64,000 nucleotides of DNA from the IMG/VR virus record IMGVR_UViG_3300018475_000125. One strand, 5' to 3'. Source of the DNA: a virus. A program made the position numbers and the translations under genes. The stretch's first letter is position 1, and each line of letters begins with the position of its first letter. This document shows positions 55,852-64,000 of the stretch, in pieces. The notes under the pieces were generated by a model, which was given only the letters and a program-made list of their open reading frames with translations, did not search any database and was not told the DNA's origin.

Positions 55852-56497
55852 GCAGCAGTTCTTTGGTACTTGCGTAATCCCACGGCGCAGCGCTGCCCAG
55901 GAATTTCTTCCGAAGCTCCATTCCGGCATTCTTGTCGATCACCTCGAGATCTTCCGCTGCAGCGATCAGGCGTTCCGTTCCTGTTTGATCTCGAAACCAG
56001 GTGCCGGGTATTTCCTCTCCGGCTGTAAGACAGGCTTCTGCGAGCAGGCGGGTAAACCTGCTGTCAAGGTTCCATAGAAGATCCCGGTAGTCATCAGAAG
56101 ACAACGAATTCCACCTTTCCAGTGTCTCCTGATGTCTTTCGTAATAGGGGCGCAGCTGTTTCAACACGGAATACTCTGGAATGTCCTTCCGTAAGAATGT
56201 ATCTGGAGGCAGCACAAGCGCGATGCGTGTCCATTCTGCTATATGTTCTACAGCGGGTGTTTCCGAAGAGAGGATCCAGCTTAAGTGTCTTCCGAAATTA
56301 GGGTATGCTGCGTGGATCGTACCGTAAGATCGGTGGATCCAGTGGATCTGCTGTGATGCTTCTGCCCCAAATTCACGTTTAGAGAGGCTTCCGTCGTCCA
56401 GCACCTGCGACTGGTATTTCTGTATCAGGCTCAACCCAAGCAGTATTCGGATCTTCTCTACATCCTCTGGAAAACGCCGATTCCTGTCCGTAATCAT
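55760..56497 (-). CDS. hypothetical protein (245 aa)
   Basis: ORF only. The 3' part overlaps 55435..55851, so one of the two may be shorter. Confidence 0.35.
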   Translation of the reverse strand: MITDRNRRFPEDVEKIRILLGLSLIQKYQSQVLDDGSLSKREFGAEASQQIHWIHRSYGTIHAAYPNFGRHLSWILSSETPAVEHIAEWTRIALVLPPDTFLRKDIPEYSVLKQLRPYYERHQETLERWNSLSSDDYRDLLWNLDSRFTRLLAEACLTAGEEIPGTWFRDQTGTERLIAAAEDLEVIDKNAGMELRKKFLGSAAPWDYASTKELLLSCGFLFPPCASIQGSAGQPPGLFQRHRVD

Positions 56498-56580
56498 CCG
56501 GGCTCCTTTCTGAGATTGCTTATTAATAACTCTTCATTATAATAAGCGAAAACACATCCTGCGCAAGAGGAGGACTTGTT

Positions 56581-56775
56581 ATGCTTTATTTGGGAACTAT
56601 CATCTTTACGGCAGCGGTTCTTATTCAATTCAGGAGAGTTTATATGCAGTATCAGACCCAATTTAAGGCACCGTCACAGACGGAAACAGAAGCGAGGTCC
56701 GCGAGCTCCGGCAGAGGCGGGCGAAGGTCCAGCTCAGCGTGCTCGCACAGCCTCGGGGAGAGGAGCAGCCTCTGA
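56581..56775 (+). CDS. small protein with N-terminal TM helix (64 aa)
   Basis: Strong RBS AAGAGGAGGA. TM helix LYLGTIIFTAAVLI, then a Ser/Arg/Gly-rich tail. Confidence 0.35.
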   Translation: MLYLGTIIFTAAVLIQFRRVYMQYQTQFKAPSQTETEARSASSGRGGRRSSSACSHSLGERSSL

Positions 56776-56782
56776 TACCGGA

Positions 56783-56862
56783 GTCTATTGCTCAAATTTT
56801 GTGATTTTTTGAGCAATAGACTGTTCTTATGCACAAATTTTTCGATTTTTTGAGCAATAGAC
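56783..56862. repeat. palindrome plus about 28-nt direct repeats (iteron/operator-like)
   Basis: GTCTATTGCTCAAA ttttgtgatttt TTGAGCAATAGAC (inverted repeat), with the right arm and its flank repeated about 40 nt downstream (caaatttt[gt/tc]gattttttgagcaatagac twice). Confidence 0.8.
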
Positions 56863-57154
56863 CGGGAGCTGCCCGGGCACGGTTCTCACAAGATGGAGGC
56901 CGTGTTTCTTTTTTAGCTGTCACAGTCTGCCGCCTGTCTTAATATGCCGGTAACAGATCCATACCCAAGACTACATAATCGCAGTGGCCTGTGCCGCCCC
57001 AGTAAGACGATAATAAACCGCCTCTACCTGCCCTTTTCCTTGCAGACCTCGACGATTTCTGCCGGTTTATGTCCGGACGCTAAACTTTCTCCTCTATTCA
57101 TCCGAACAATTAGACGGTATGCTGTGAAACATTTGGTCTAAGCAAGGAGCTGAC

Positions 57155-57574
57155 ATGCTGAACCGGAACAGGTGTCTTTTGAAATTGTTACTATCATACG
57201 CTGACTACAGCAATTCGATTACAGAGTATCTGGTTGATGAGACAGAGATACCCTTCGATCCGCAGACGGTACGCAGTCATCTGGAATGGCTGGAGCTGCG
57301 CGGGTACACAGTCCGCTCCCCGGTAAAAGAACCTGTATATCGATCATCCTCTGAAAATAGGTGCGGCTGCTACCGAATCAGTCCGCTTACGGAGCGTGGT
57401 GAAGAGTACCTGCGGCAGCTCAAGCGAAACTGGCTGCGCAGGTTTCTAGAAGCGGCACCGGACTCAACACTCTGGCTTCTCGTCCTCCGGATACTTGAAC
57501 TGGTAGGGGCCGCGACGATCCTGGGCGAGTATCTCGTCCCGATGTTCCATTATATAGAGCGCGTCTTCAAATAG
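57155..57574 (+). CDS. winged-helix transcriptional regulator-like protein
   Basis: RBS AAGGAGCTGAC. The segment VRSHLEWLELRGYTVRSPV resembles a wHTH recognition helix and wing. Confidence 0.35.
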   Translation: MLNRNRCLLKLLLSYADYSNSITEYLVDETEIPFDPQTVRSHLEWLELRGYTVRSPVKEPVYRSSSENRCGCYRISPLTERGEEYLRQLKRNWLRRFLEAAPDSTLWLLVLRILELVGAATILGEYLVPMFHYIERVFK

Positions 57575-57697
57575 GCGGTTTATGTACCACCCGGCCGTCC
57601 TGAATTCGTGACACAGATCCGCTGTGATCTTTTTCCGCAGCCAGCAGCTGTAGCACCAGTTACCAAATGCGAGGGCGATAAGTATCAGGTTCATCAT
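57464..57697 (-). CDS. small membrane protein (extent uncertain)
   Basis: RBS GGAGGAGGG then ATGATG. TM helix LILIALAFGNW. The 3' end overlaps the convergent regulator gene. Confidence 0.3.
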   Translation of the reverse strand: MMNLILIALAFGNWCYSCWLRKKITADLCHEFRTAGWYINRLFEDALYIMEHRDEILAQDRRGPYQFKYPEDEKPEC

Positions 57698-57896
57698 TCT
57701 GTCCCTCCTCCGTGCCTTTTGCTAAAAAGTCCGCCTCCGCGCGGCCAAGTCTTCTCTCGGTATCCCGCACCATCGCGCGTGTCCTGCCGGAGATCCTGTG
57801 CAAGTTGGCGTGCAGTCCGCGATTTTTCCAGAACGACAGAAGGATAAACACCAGACACAGGATCTGGCCCCATTCCACATGATAGTCCATAACCAT
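57660..57896 (-). CDS. small membrane protein (78 aa)
   Basis: Strong RBS AGGAGGTAATGG. TM helix ILCLVFILLSFW. Confidence 0.4.
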   Translation of the reverse strand: MVMDYHVEWGQILCLVFILLSFWKNRGLHANLHRISGRTRAMVRDTERRLGRAEADFLAKGTEEGQNDEPDTYRPRIW

Positions 57897-58025
57897 TACC
57901 TCCTAAAAATACCTTCTGTTCTATAATGGACTGCCGGAGTCTCTTGTCAAGTTGTCTGTGCTGCTTCTCTTAAAAACCGGGATTCAGGCAATCTTATCTG
58001 TCTGTCTTGCCAGTAACGCTGTTGT

Positions 58026-59201
58026 TCATTCAGAACTCCTTTGGCGGACGTCGACCAGCATTAGAAAATCTGCTACAGACATAAGCCACTTCTGCTGTAT
58101 AGTTTTGTATGAATGATGAATGGCACGCGGAACAACGAGCTGCAGGTTCCTCTGCTGCATTTCCTCCGTTTGTGATATACTGATCGCACCTTCCAGTGTC
58201 AGGAGATGTTTATGCTGAATACGGTCCGCCTCCGCGAGAACCTGTCTCCAGCGGTCTTTACAGGTACTCTTCGCTCCGAGCATTGTCAAACACTTTGTCG
58301 GGAAGTCAGAGTTTTTGTATTCCTCAATACCTGGAAAAATAAAATCCGGTTTAGACTTGTTCTCGGTAACAGGTGCACGGGTATAACGCAGTCCCCTATC
58401 CGTCAGCAGGCATTCAAAATGGTTCTCCAGTGCGAATCCGACGCGCGACTTTCTTCTATTGTGTACAGATAACGAAAATTGAATAAACTCATCCGTAGTC
58501 GAAAATCCGTGTTGAATACGTTTTTTTACCAGACAGTCTTCCAGTGTACGGAACAAACTCTCTTCACGCTCCATCCACGCCATCAGGACACTATCCGGGT
58601 CATCCCGGGAGTCCACGTCAGGGAGCGTGCTTCGTGCGTATTCAGAAAATGTTTTGGTACGCGGAAAGGTTCCCCGAAAACGTGCCAGCATATCATCTAA
58701 ACAGGCGTCTGTCTCGCTGGGTAGCGTAATGCCGATCTGTTCCAGAATACTGCGCGTGACCCACTCTATTTGGCGATTCGCTGGTTTGTATTGTGATTCC
58801 TTATCTAGTCCGAGCATCCACCGCAGCTGCGTATCGATTAAGGTATCCGCAGGTACCAGAAGAATCAAAACAGACTGGTTCGGCAGTATCCCAAAAAAGA
58901 GAGAGTCTCCTGCGCTCATTCTGTCGGTCACAGGGTTTGTCTCATAAAAAAGCCGGTATTCCGAGCGGCTGGGATGCTTTTCGCGGGCATCGTACCAGGT
59001 TACGTTTCCAGAGGAGGATGCCTGGATTCCGTCATCGGTAACATAAAGGTATACAGCCGACAGCTGTCTGCGCTCATTACCCAGCACTGCACGCATGGTA
59101 GCCACGCCGTTGAACTCGTGCTGGCGGCAGGACCTATCGCCTGCTTCGCCCGATACAACCGACTTAACGAGTGCGCCGCGGATATACTGTTCCAGTTTCA
59201 T
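58026..59201 (-). CDS. type II restriction endonuclease, EcoRII-like (N-terminal effector-like domain plus catalytic domain)
   Basis: ATGA-coupled to the upstream m5C MTase and paired with a Dcm-like MTase. Catalytic-domain-like region ...KPDFIFPG...KSTCKDRW.... The N-terminal about 150 aa is reminiscent of the EcoRII-N DNA-binding domain. RBS AAGGAGA. Confidence 0.5.
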   Translation of the reverse strand: MKLEQYIRGALVKSVVSGEAGDRSCRQHEFNGVATMRAVLGNERRQLSAVYLYVTDDGIQASSSGNVTWYDAREKHPSRSEYRLFYETNPVTDRMSAGDSLFFGILPNQSVLILLVPADTLIDTQLRWMLGLDKESQYKPANRQIEWVTRSILEQIGITLPSETDACLDDMLARFRGTFPRTKTFSEYARSTLPDVDSRDDPDSVLMAWMEREESLFRTLEDCLVKKRIQHGFSTTDEFIQFSLSVHNRRKSRVGFALENHFECLLTDRGLRYTRAPVTENKSKPDFIFPGIEEYKNSDFPTKCLTMLGAKSTCKDRWRQVLAEADRIQHKHLLTLEGAISISQTEEMQQRNLQLVVPRAIHHSYKTIQQKWLMSVADFLMLVDVRQRSSE

Positions 59202-60142
59202 GTCAGTCTCCTTACGATCCTTTCGGCTATCTGTGCTATAAGCGGCACAACAACGGAATTGCCGAACTGCTTGTACGCACGAGTGTCCGACACTGGAATC
59301 ACAAAGGAGTCTGGAAACCCCATAAGTCTGGCACACTCTCGAGGGGTCAGTCTGCGCGGGTTCCTTCCGCCGTCCTGGGGGATAAGGATCTCCGAACCGT
59401 CCTTATAATATCGGGCACTCAGCGTCCGGGTCACACCATCCAGATCTGCCAGTCCATAGCCGAAGCCGTTCCCGGCCGCTCTATGCTTTTCTGCATAGCC
59501 CTGAAGGTAGGACCAGAGTTTATCTGTAAGTGTATACTTCGGATCAACTTCCGTATCAAGAATATCCCGCACTTTCGGCTTCGGGGTGCACGGTACAAGA
59601 TCAAAGTTGAATACAGGCTCTCCTTCACGAAAACCAACGATCACGATACGCTCCCGGTGCTGCGGCACAAACAGCTGTCCATCGAGCACCTGATAAAACA
59701 CGCGGTACCCCAGGTCCTGCAATGAGTCGAGGATGACTCGAAATGTATTTCCTCGATCATGACTTTTCAGGTTCTTCACATTTTCCAGCATAAACGCTCG
59801 AGGTTTTTTCTCTTTCAGGATACGGCAGACATCGAAAAACAGTGTTCCCTGCGTCTCATCCTCAAAACCGGTAGCACGCCCCAGACTATTCTTCTTAGAG
59901 ACGCCTGCGATGGAAAACGGTTGGCATGGGAAACCACCTGTCAGGATCTCATGATCCGGAATATCCGCTGAGCAAACCTTTGTAATATCCCCGTCCGGCA
60001 GCTCCCCAAAATTCGCCTGATAGGTTTTTTGAGCATATGTGTCCCACTCACTGGAGTAGACGCACTGACATCCAGCCTGTTCGAAGCCCAGTCTGATACC
60101 GCCGATCCCGGCAAATAAATCGATAAATGTAAGTTTCTTCAT
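59198..60142 (-). CDS. DNA (cytosine-5)-methyltransferase, Dcm-like
   Basis: Motif I FAGIGG, motif [13 protein letters not shown], QxRxR, and a C-terminal target-recognition domain similar to Dcm/EcoRII MTase. RBS AGGAGG. Confidence 0.85.
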   Translation of the reverse strand: MKKLTFIDLFAGIGGIRLGFEQAGCQCVYSSEWDTYAQKTYQANFGELPDGDITKVCSADIPDHEILTGGFPCQPFSIAGVSKKNSLGRATGFEDETQGTLFFDVCRILKEKKPRAFMLENVKNLKSHDRGNTFRVILDSLQDLGYRVFYQVLDGQLFVPQHRERIVIVGFREGEPVFNFDLVPCTPKPKVRDILDTEVDPKYTLTDKLWSYLQGYAEKHRAAGNGFGYGLADLDGVTRTLSARYYKDGSEILIPQDGGRNPRRLTPRECARLMGFPDSFVIPVSDTRAYKQFGNSVVVPLIAQIAERIVRRLT

Positions 60143-60222
60143 AATTCCTCCTGATTCATGAGATTATAGTAAACTGCGAGCCGGCTGTCAATAGGTCTTT
60201 TTTGCTAGGAGTATCTATAGCG

Positions 60223-60258
60223 GACTGTCTTGACAGTCATACCGTCTCTCTTAATATA
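60223..60258 (+). promoter_or_regulatory. sigma-70-like promoter (TTGACA-N16-TAATAT) embedded in a perfect 7-bp inverted repeat
   Basis: GACTGTC tt GACAGTC (60223..60238). The -35 TTGACA is formed by the palindrome centre. -10 TAATAT at 60252..60257. Confidence 0.55.
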
Positions 60259-60293
60259 CTGATAGCATAGATGTAGTGAGTAAAGGAGGAGAT

Positions 60294-60575
60294 ATGAGAG
60301 AATCTTTTTGCGGGCTGGTGTGCGCCTTGCGGGAAAAAGGGTTTGACGAGCGGAAGAGGGGGCCTTACGGTACTGCGCTGGTCTCCTGTCGTCCGTTCGG
60401 GAAAAAGCTGACGGTTTCTCTGGACCGCGCGGACGACTACAGTCTTGCGATCCAGGCGCACCGCTTCGGGACGCCTATATCCTTTACAGGGGAGCTGGCA
60501 GGCAGTAAGATCCGGGACCCGGCGGACATCAGGATCGTGCAGGATATTTCTGGTTTGGAAGACCTTTTTAATTAG
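60294..60575 (+). CDS. small hypothetical protein (93 aa) preceding the SPFH gene
   Basis: RBS AAAGGAGGAGAT then ATG. Confidence 0.45.
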   Translation: MRESFCGLVCALREKGFDERKRGPYGTALVSCRPFGKKLTVSLDRADDYSLAIQAHRFGTPISFTGELAGSKIRDPADIRIVQDISGLEDLFN

Positions 60576-60586
60576 GAGATTCGATA

Positions 60587-61462
60587 ATGGATGATGATGT
60601 GAAACAGGTTTTGCGGCAGGTACTTTGCCGCGGCAAATGGCTCGGTTTAGTCCTTCTTCTGGCGGTCGTGCTGTGGTCCGGTGTCACGATAGTGCCGCCC
60701 GGGCATTCCGGCGTTGTCGTGAGGCTCGGCGAAGTACAGCCGGAACCGCTGGCGGAGGGGGTCCATCTGGTGATACCGTTCGTGACCAGTGTGAAAATGA
60801 GCAGCGTACAGACCCAGCTGTGCGAGGTGAACTCGGAAGGGTCCACAAAGGATCTGCAGATCGTTTCCACCACACTGGCCTTGAACTACGCGCTTGCACG
60901 TGAGCAGACGCCGGCGCTCTTTCAGACCGTTGGCGTGGATTATCAGAGTAAGATCATCGTACCGGCAGTCATGGAGGTCTTCAAGTCTCAGACTGCCCGC
61001 TACACGGCCGAGGAGCTGGTCACAAAGCGCGAGGAACTCTCACAGGCGATCCGTACTGCGCTGGAAGAGCGGCTCTGTGCTCGCGGATTGCGGGTAGAGG
61101 CCATATCCCTGACGGATTTCCGGTTCTCCCGGACTTTCGATGAGGCGGTCGAGCAGAAGATCGCGGCGGAACAGGCGGCGCTGACGGCGAAAAATGAACT
61201 TGAGAAGATCCGGGTAGAGGCCGAGAAAACAGTCGTGACCGCGCAGGGCGAAGCGGATGCGGCTAAAGCCAGAGCCGAAGGCGAGGCGGAGGCTGTACGG
61301 ATCAAGACCGAGGCCGAAGCGGAGGCGGTCCGGCAGCTGGGGACAGCACTGAAAGAAAACCAGCCTGTCCTTTACTATGAGGGACTCCGCAAGTGGGACG
61401 GGCAGCTTCCGACACACATTCTCGGAACTCCGCCTGTTCCGACGTTCGAGACGTCAAAATAA
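60587..61462 (+). CDS. SPFH/band-7 (prohibitin/HflC-like) membrane protein
   Basis: N-terminal TM helix, then IVPPGHSGVVVRLGE...PFVTSVKMSSVQTQ..., then a C-terminal coiled coil (AEQAALTAKNELEKIRVEAEK...), all typical of band-7 proteins. Confidence 0.7.
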   Translation: MDDDVKQVLRQVLCRGKWLGLVLLLAVVLWSGVTIVPPGHSGVVVRLGEVQPEPLAEGVHLVIPFVTSVKMSSVQTQLCEVNSEGSTKDLQIVSTTLALNYALAREQTPALFQTVGVDYQSKIIVPAVMEVFKSQTARYTAEELVTKREELSQAIRTALEERLCARGLRVEAISLTDFRFSRTFDEAVEQKIAAEQAALTAKNELEKIRVEAEKTVVTAQGEADAAKARAEGEAEAVRIKTEAEAEAVRQLGTALKENQPVLYYEGLRKWDGQLPTHILGTPPVPTFETSK

Positions 61463-61478
61463 GACGAGCACCCTGTTT

Positions 61479-61508
61479 GCGGAAGGGAGAACCCCTTCCG
61501 CTTTTTTA
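61479..61508 (+). terminator. rho-independent terminator
   Basis: GCGGAAGGG agaac CCCTTCCGC followed by T6. Confidence 0.8.
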
Positions 61509-61670
61509 TTAATATGTCAGATATAAGGGGGAAAATATGAATTATACGCTGAAGGTCTGCGGGATGGGTCGAATCGAGGAGTACGATGACTAGCGTAAGT
61601 AAAGAAGAGCATGTCCGATCATATTCTGTAGTCAATACCTTAAAAAGGGACATTTTTGCGGGAAGCCCCA

Positions 61671-61699
61671 TTGACAAACGGCATATTATCCTGTAAGAT
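61671..61699 (+). promoter_or_regulatory. sigma-70-like promoter (TTGACA-N17-TAAGAT)
   Basis: Consensus -35 with a near-consensus -10, located 30 nt upstream of the ATPase start. Confidence 0.55.
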
Positions 61700-61727
61700 G
61701 GTAGCACTGTCGTACCTTACTTACTGA

Positions 61728-62954
61728 ATGGAGTTTGAGATGATCACACGCCTGACCGTAGAAAACTTTGGTCCAATTCGAAAATGTGAACTTGAATTTG
61801 GCGATTTAACTGTCGTTGTCGGACCGCAGGCCAGCGGTAAGAGTCTTCTGCTGCAGCTTTATCATTTTTTGGAAGATGCCGAGGCGGTCTACCAGCTCTA
61901 CCGGCGGAATAATTGTGACTGGCGGGATGTCTCCGATGCAGTGCTGGCAACGAAACTTTTCCATGAGCTGTACTTCGGAGAAGGACTATCTTCGCTTATG
62001 CTCTCGTCTGAATCCCAAAAGATCCGGACAGACGGCAGGGTTCAGGATCTTCAGCAGCTGATTCTGAAGAAATCTGAACAAAAGAATACTTCCGCTTTCT
62101 ATATTCCGGCGCAGCGTACACTTGCGTTTCAGAACGGATGGCCTCGACAGTTTTCTTCCTATGCGTTTGGAACGCCCTTTTCCCTAAGATTTTTCAGTGA
62201 GACACTTTGGAATCTTGTTGATTCCTTTGCCGCGGAAGCATCACACTCTCTGTTTCCGGTAGAAAAGCGGCTCAAGCAGGAATTTCGCAGGAACATCGAT
62301 CAGTCAATTTACTGGGGGGCTTCCGTTCAAATACACAAAGACGCGAACACTGGAGCTAAAAGTATTCAGCTGGCACAGAAAGACAGCCGTGGCATCGGGT
62401 ACAATGCGTGGTCGTCCGGTCAGCGTGAGTTTACGCCTTTGTTGCTGGGATGCTATCACCTTATGCCGCCCCGGCAGAAGCGAAAGTGCGAGAGGATCCA
62501 CACGGTCATTATTGAAGAACCCGAGATGGGACTGCATCCTCAGGCGATCGTCAGTTTCTTTCAGCTTGTGCTCGAGCTGCTCTGGAGAAACTACCGTATC
62601 ATTCTATCGACACACTCCGATGTGATCCTGAATCTTGTCTGGGCACTGGTGAACCTGCAGAAGCTGCATCATAAAAATCCGGATTGCGGATATACTGCCT
62701 TCACTGATATATTCAGCCTGCCAAGGAAAAAACCGATTCTTGCGGTTTTTAACTCGATCATTCGAAAGTCCTTCAGGACATATTCCTTCAGCCATCTAAA
62801 AGATGGTGTTACACTTCAGGACATCTCAACGCTGGATCCCGCTTCTGCTGACCAGACTATCTCCGGCTGGGGAGGACTTACCGGAATTACCGATAAGGTC
62901 GTCTCCATTATTGGACAGAACTATGCGGAGGAGGGGTATGAAGATGGAGTTTGA
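61728..62954 (+). CDS. ABC/SMC-like ATPase (AAA_15/AAA_21 family), orphan defence-type ATPase
   Basis: LTVENFGPI...VVVGPQASGKSLLLQ (Walker A), IIEEPEMGLHPQ (Walker B), ILSTHSDVIL (H-loop). There is no room for a fused nuclease domain. Confidence 0.6.
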   Translation: MEFEMITRLTVENFGPIRKCELEFGDLTVVVGPQASGKSLLLQLYHFLEDAEAVYQLYRRNNCDWRDVSDAVLATKLFHELYFGEGLSSLMLSSESQKIRTDGRVQDLQQLILKKSEQKNTSAFYIPAQRTLAFQNGWPRQFSSYAFGTPFSLRFFSETLWNLVDSFAAEASHSLFPVEKRLKQEFRRNIDQSIYWGASVQIHKDANTGAKSIQLAQKDSRGIGYNAWSSGQREFTPLLLGCYHLMPPRQKRKCERIHTVIIEEPEMGLHPQAIVSFFQLVLELLWRNYRIILSTHSDVILNLVWALVNLQKLHHKNPDCGYTAFTDIFSLPRKKPILAVFNSIIRKSFRTYSFSHLKDGVTLQDISTLDPASADQTISGWGGLTGITDKVVSIIGQNYAEEGYEDGV

Positions 62955-63145
62955 GAAAGTGATTGCCTCTGCCGGACTCCGGTATCACTCTGGACTCCAG
63001 GCAATGCCGGGTAAAGACCGGCAAAGGATTCAGGTGGTGAAGGATTAATAAAACGAACGCTGAAATCGCAAAAATGGTAGATGTTTGAGTACAGACAATT
63101 TAAGTATGAGCAAGACAAAAACCACAATATTAAAAATTTTTAGAC

Positions 63146-63352
63146 GTGATGAACGTCCCCCGTTTTTGCCCTAAATGTAAACGTGAAATAGACATGCCAA
63201 TTATATGGGGTTGCGGCTGGGACCTGAATTCGTTCGGAGTGCACCCGTGCCCGAATTGCGGCTATAGCGGATATTTAGAAACCGTAACGGGTGAAGATGG
63301 AGATGGAACTGTTTGGCAATATGACTATTCAGAACCGGAACCGGAGGAATAA
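63146..63352 (+). CDS. small zinc-ribbon protein (68 aa)
   Basis: CPKC ... CPNC pairs. Acidic C-terminus. Confidence 0.4.
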   Translation: MMNVPRFCPKCKREIDMPIIWGCGWDLNSFGVHPCPNCGYSGYLETVTGEDGDGTVWQYDYSEPEPEE

Positions 63353-63354
63353 AA

Positions 63355-63612
63355 ATGAGAGAATCATACGAGTATTTATTAAAACCTTGTCCGATGTGCG
63401 GGTCACATCGTTTGGTAGTAGAAAGAGATGAAAAGAATCAGGACAAAGTGGCAATCGTTTGCCAGAAATGTTATTGCCAGACGATGTTTTCCGGTTTTTA
63501 TCCGGATATTGTCGCTAGATGGAACAGCCGAACAAACGACAAAGGTGAGGCGAATATCAGACCATGTACACCACCACCAAAGCACCAACCCGGACATTGG
63601 CGCGCTTGGTAA
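63355..63612 (+). CDS. Lar-family (restriction alleviation) zinc-ribbon protein
   Basis: N-terminal LLKPCPMCGSHRLVV ... CQKCYC matches the Lar-family LKPCPFCG signature. RBS GGAGGAATAAAA. Confidence 0.5.
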   Translation: MRESYEYLLKPCPMCGSHRLVVERDEKNQDKVAIVCQKCYCQTMFSGFYPDIVARWNSRTNDKGEANIRPCTPPPKHQPGHWRAW

Positions 63613-63957
63613 GCACAGAACATCATAATCGCTGCGATTGCAGGCGTTGAAGGACCGCTGCCCCGTCTGAAACTGGAATAACAAACACGGGCAAACAGGA
63701 TTTCCAACTGATTTTCTCGGATACTGGACACGACGGCTGTTCCCGGTATAATAAAGCAGCTGCAGTCGATCGCATACCTCGGCGCAAGGCAGAAGGCTCT
63801 GTGCATCGCGTACAACCTGTCTGCCCTCTGTGCCTTCCAGGAAAATTTGAACTTTCTGTAACACCCGCCCGTTCTTTTTTACAGGACCCCCTTGAAGTTT
63901 TTCGGGGATGTGGTTTAATGAAGAAAAAGAACGAATTTTACAGAAAGGAACCGAAAA

Positions 63958-64000
63958 TGTATTACCTCTCGATCCTCGGCAAAGATATGGGACCGTTCAC
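63958..64000 (+). CDS. start of a hypothetical gene (3' end outside the window)
   Basis: RBS AAAGGAACCGAAA then ATG. Open to the window end. Confidence 0.3.

Noticed and set aside
56783-56862. Possible mini CRISPR array (repeated about 28-nt units with short spacer)
   Set aside because: Only two direct copies, the unit is itself part of a palindrome, the spacer is about 12 nt, and no cas genes are present. It fits an iteron or operator better.
63403-63864. 153-aa minus-strand ORF spanning the Lar gene and the downstream intergenic region
   Set aside because: Antisense to a motif-supported gene, Cys/Trp-rich low-complexity translation, no RBS.
1-64000. tRNA genes in intergenic gaps (for example 6508..6642, 7440..7606, 13026..13210, 63613..63957)
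   Set aside because: No cloverleaf-compatible sequence (acceptor stem with conserved T-loop GTTC[AG]A) was recognised by eye. Not excluded without tRNAscan.

Overview
This 64-kb window has about 58% GC and looks like part of a large tailed dsDNA phage or prophage of an anaerobic, probably gut, bacterium. Genes are tightly packed, and many adjacent pairs have ATGA or TAATG stop/start overlaps. In order it holds: the 3' end of an IS605-family tnpB that overlaps the start of nrdD; class III RNR genes nrdD and nrdG separated by a small accessory cluster; a roughly 1460-aa fused multisubunit-type RNA polymerase beta/beta'-N-terminal protein with a variant catalytic DNDGD motif; a cluster of glycine-zipper membrane proteins; a prohead-protease/scaffold-like gene interrupted near its putative catalytic serine by a LAGLIDADG intein; then a long morphogenesis block on both strands. 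That block includes a 998-aa possible major capsid protein, beta-helix spike, baseplate-like and long helical virion proteins. A sigma-70-family factor and an alpha-CTD-like HhH protein are also encoded, so the phage appears to carry most of its own transcription apparatus. An independently promoted and terminated two-gene cassette (an ABC/AAA_15-21-like ATPase plus an HNH nuclease, Septu PtuAB-like) sits inside the structural block. The right end (about 56.5 to 63.6 kb) is an accessory island: an iteron/palindrome region, a winged-helix regulator, small membrane peptides, an EcoRII-like REase with a Dcm-like m5C MTase, a small-protein/SPFH pair behind a palindrome-overlapped consensus promoter, an orphan ABC-type ATPase with a possible leader peptide, and Lar-like zinc-ribbon proteins. 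No tRNA, CRISPR array or reverse transcriptase was recognised. No terminase was identified in this window.
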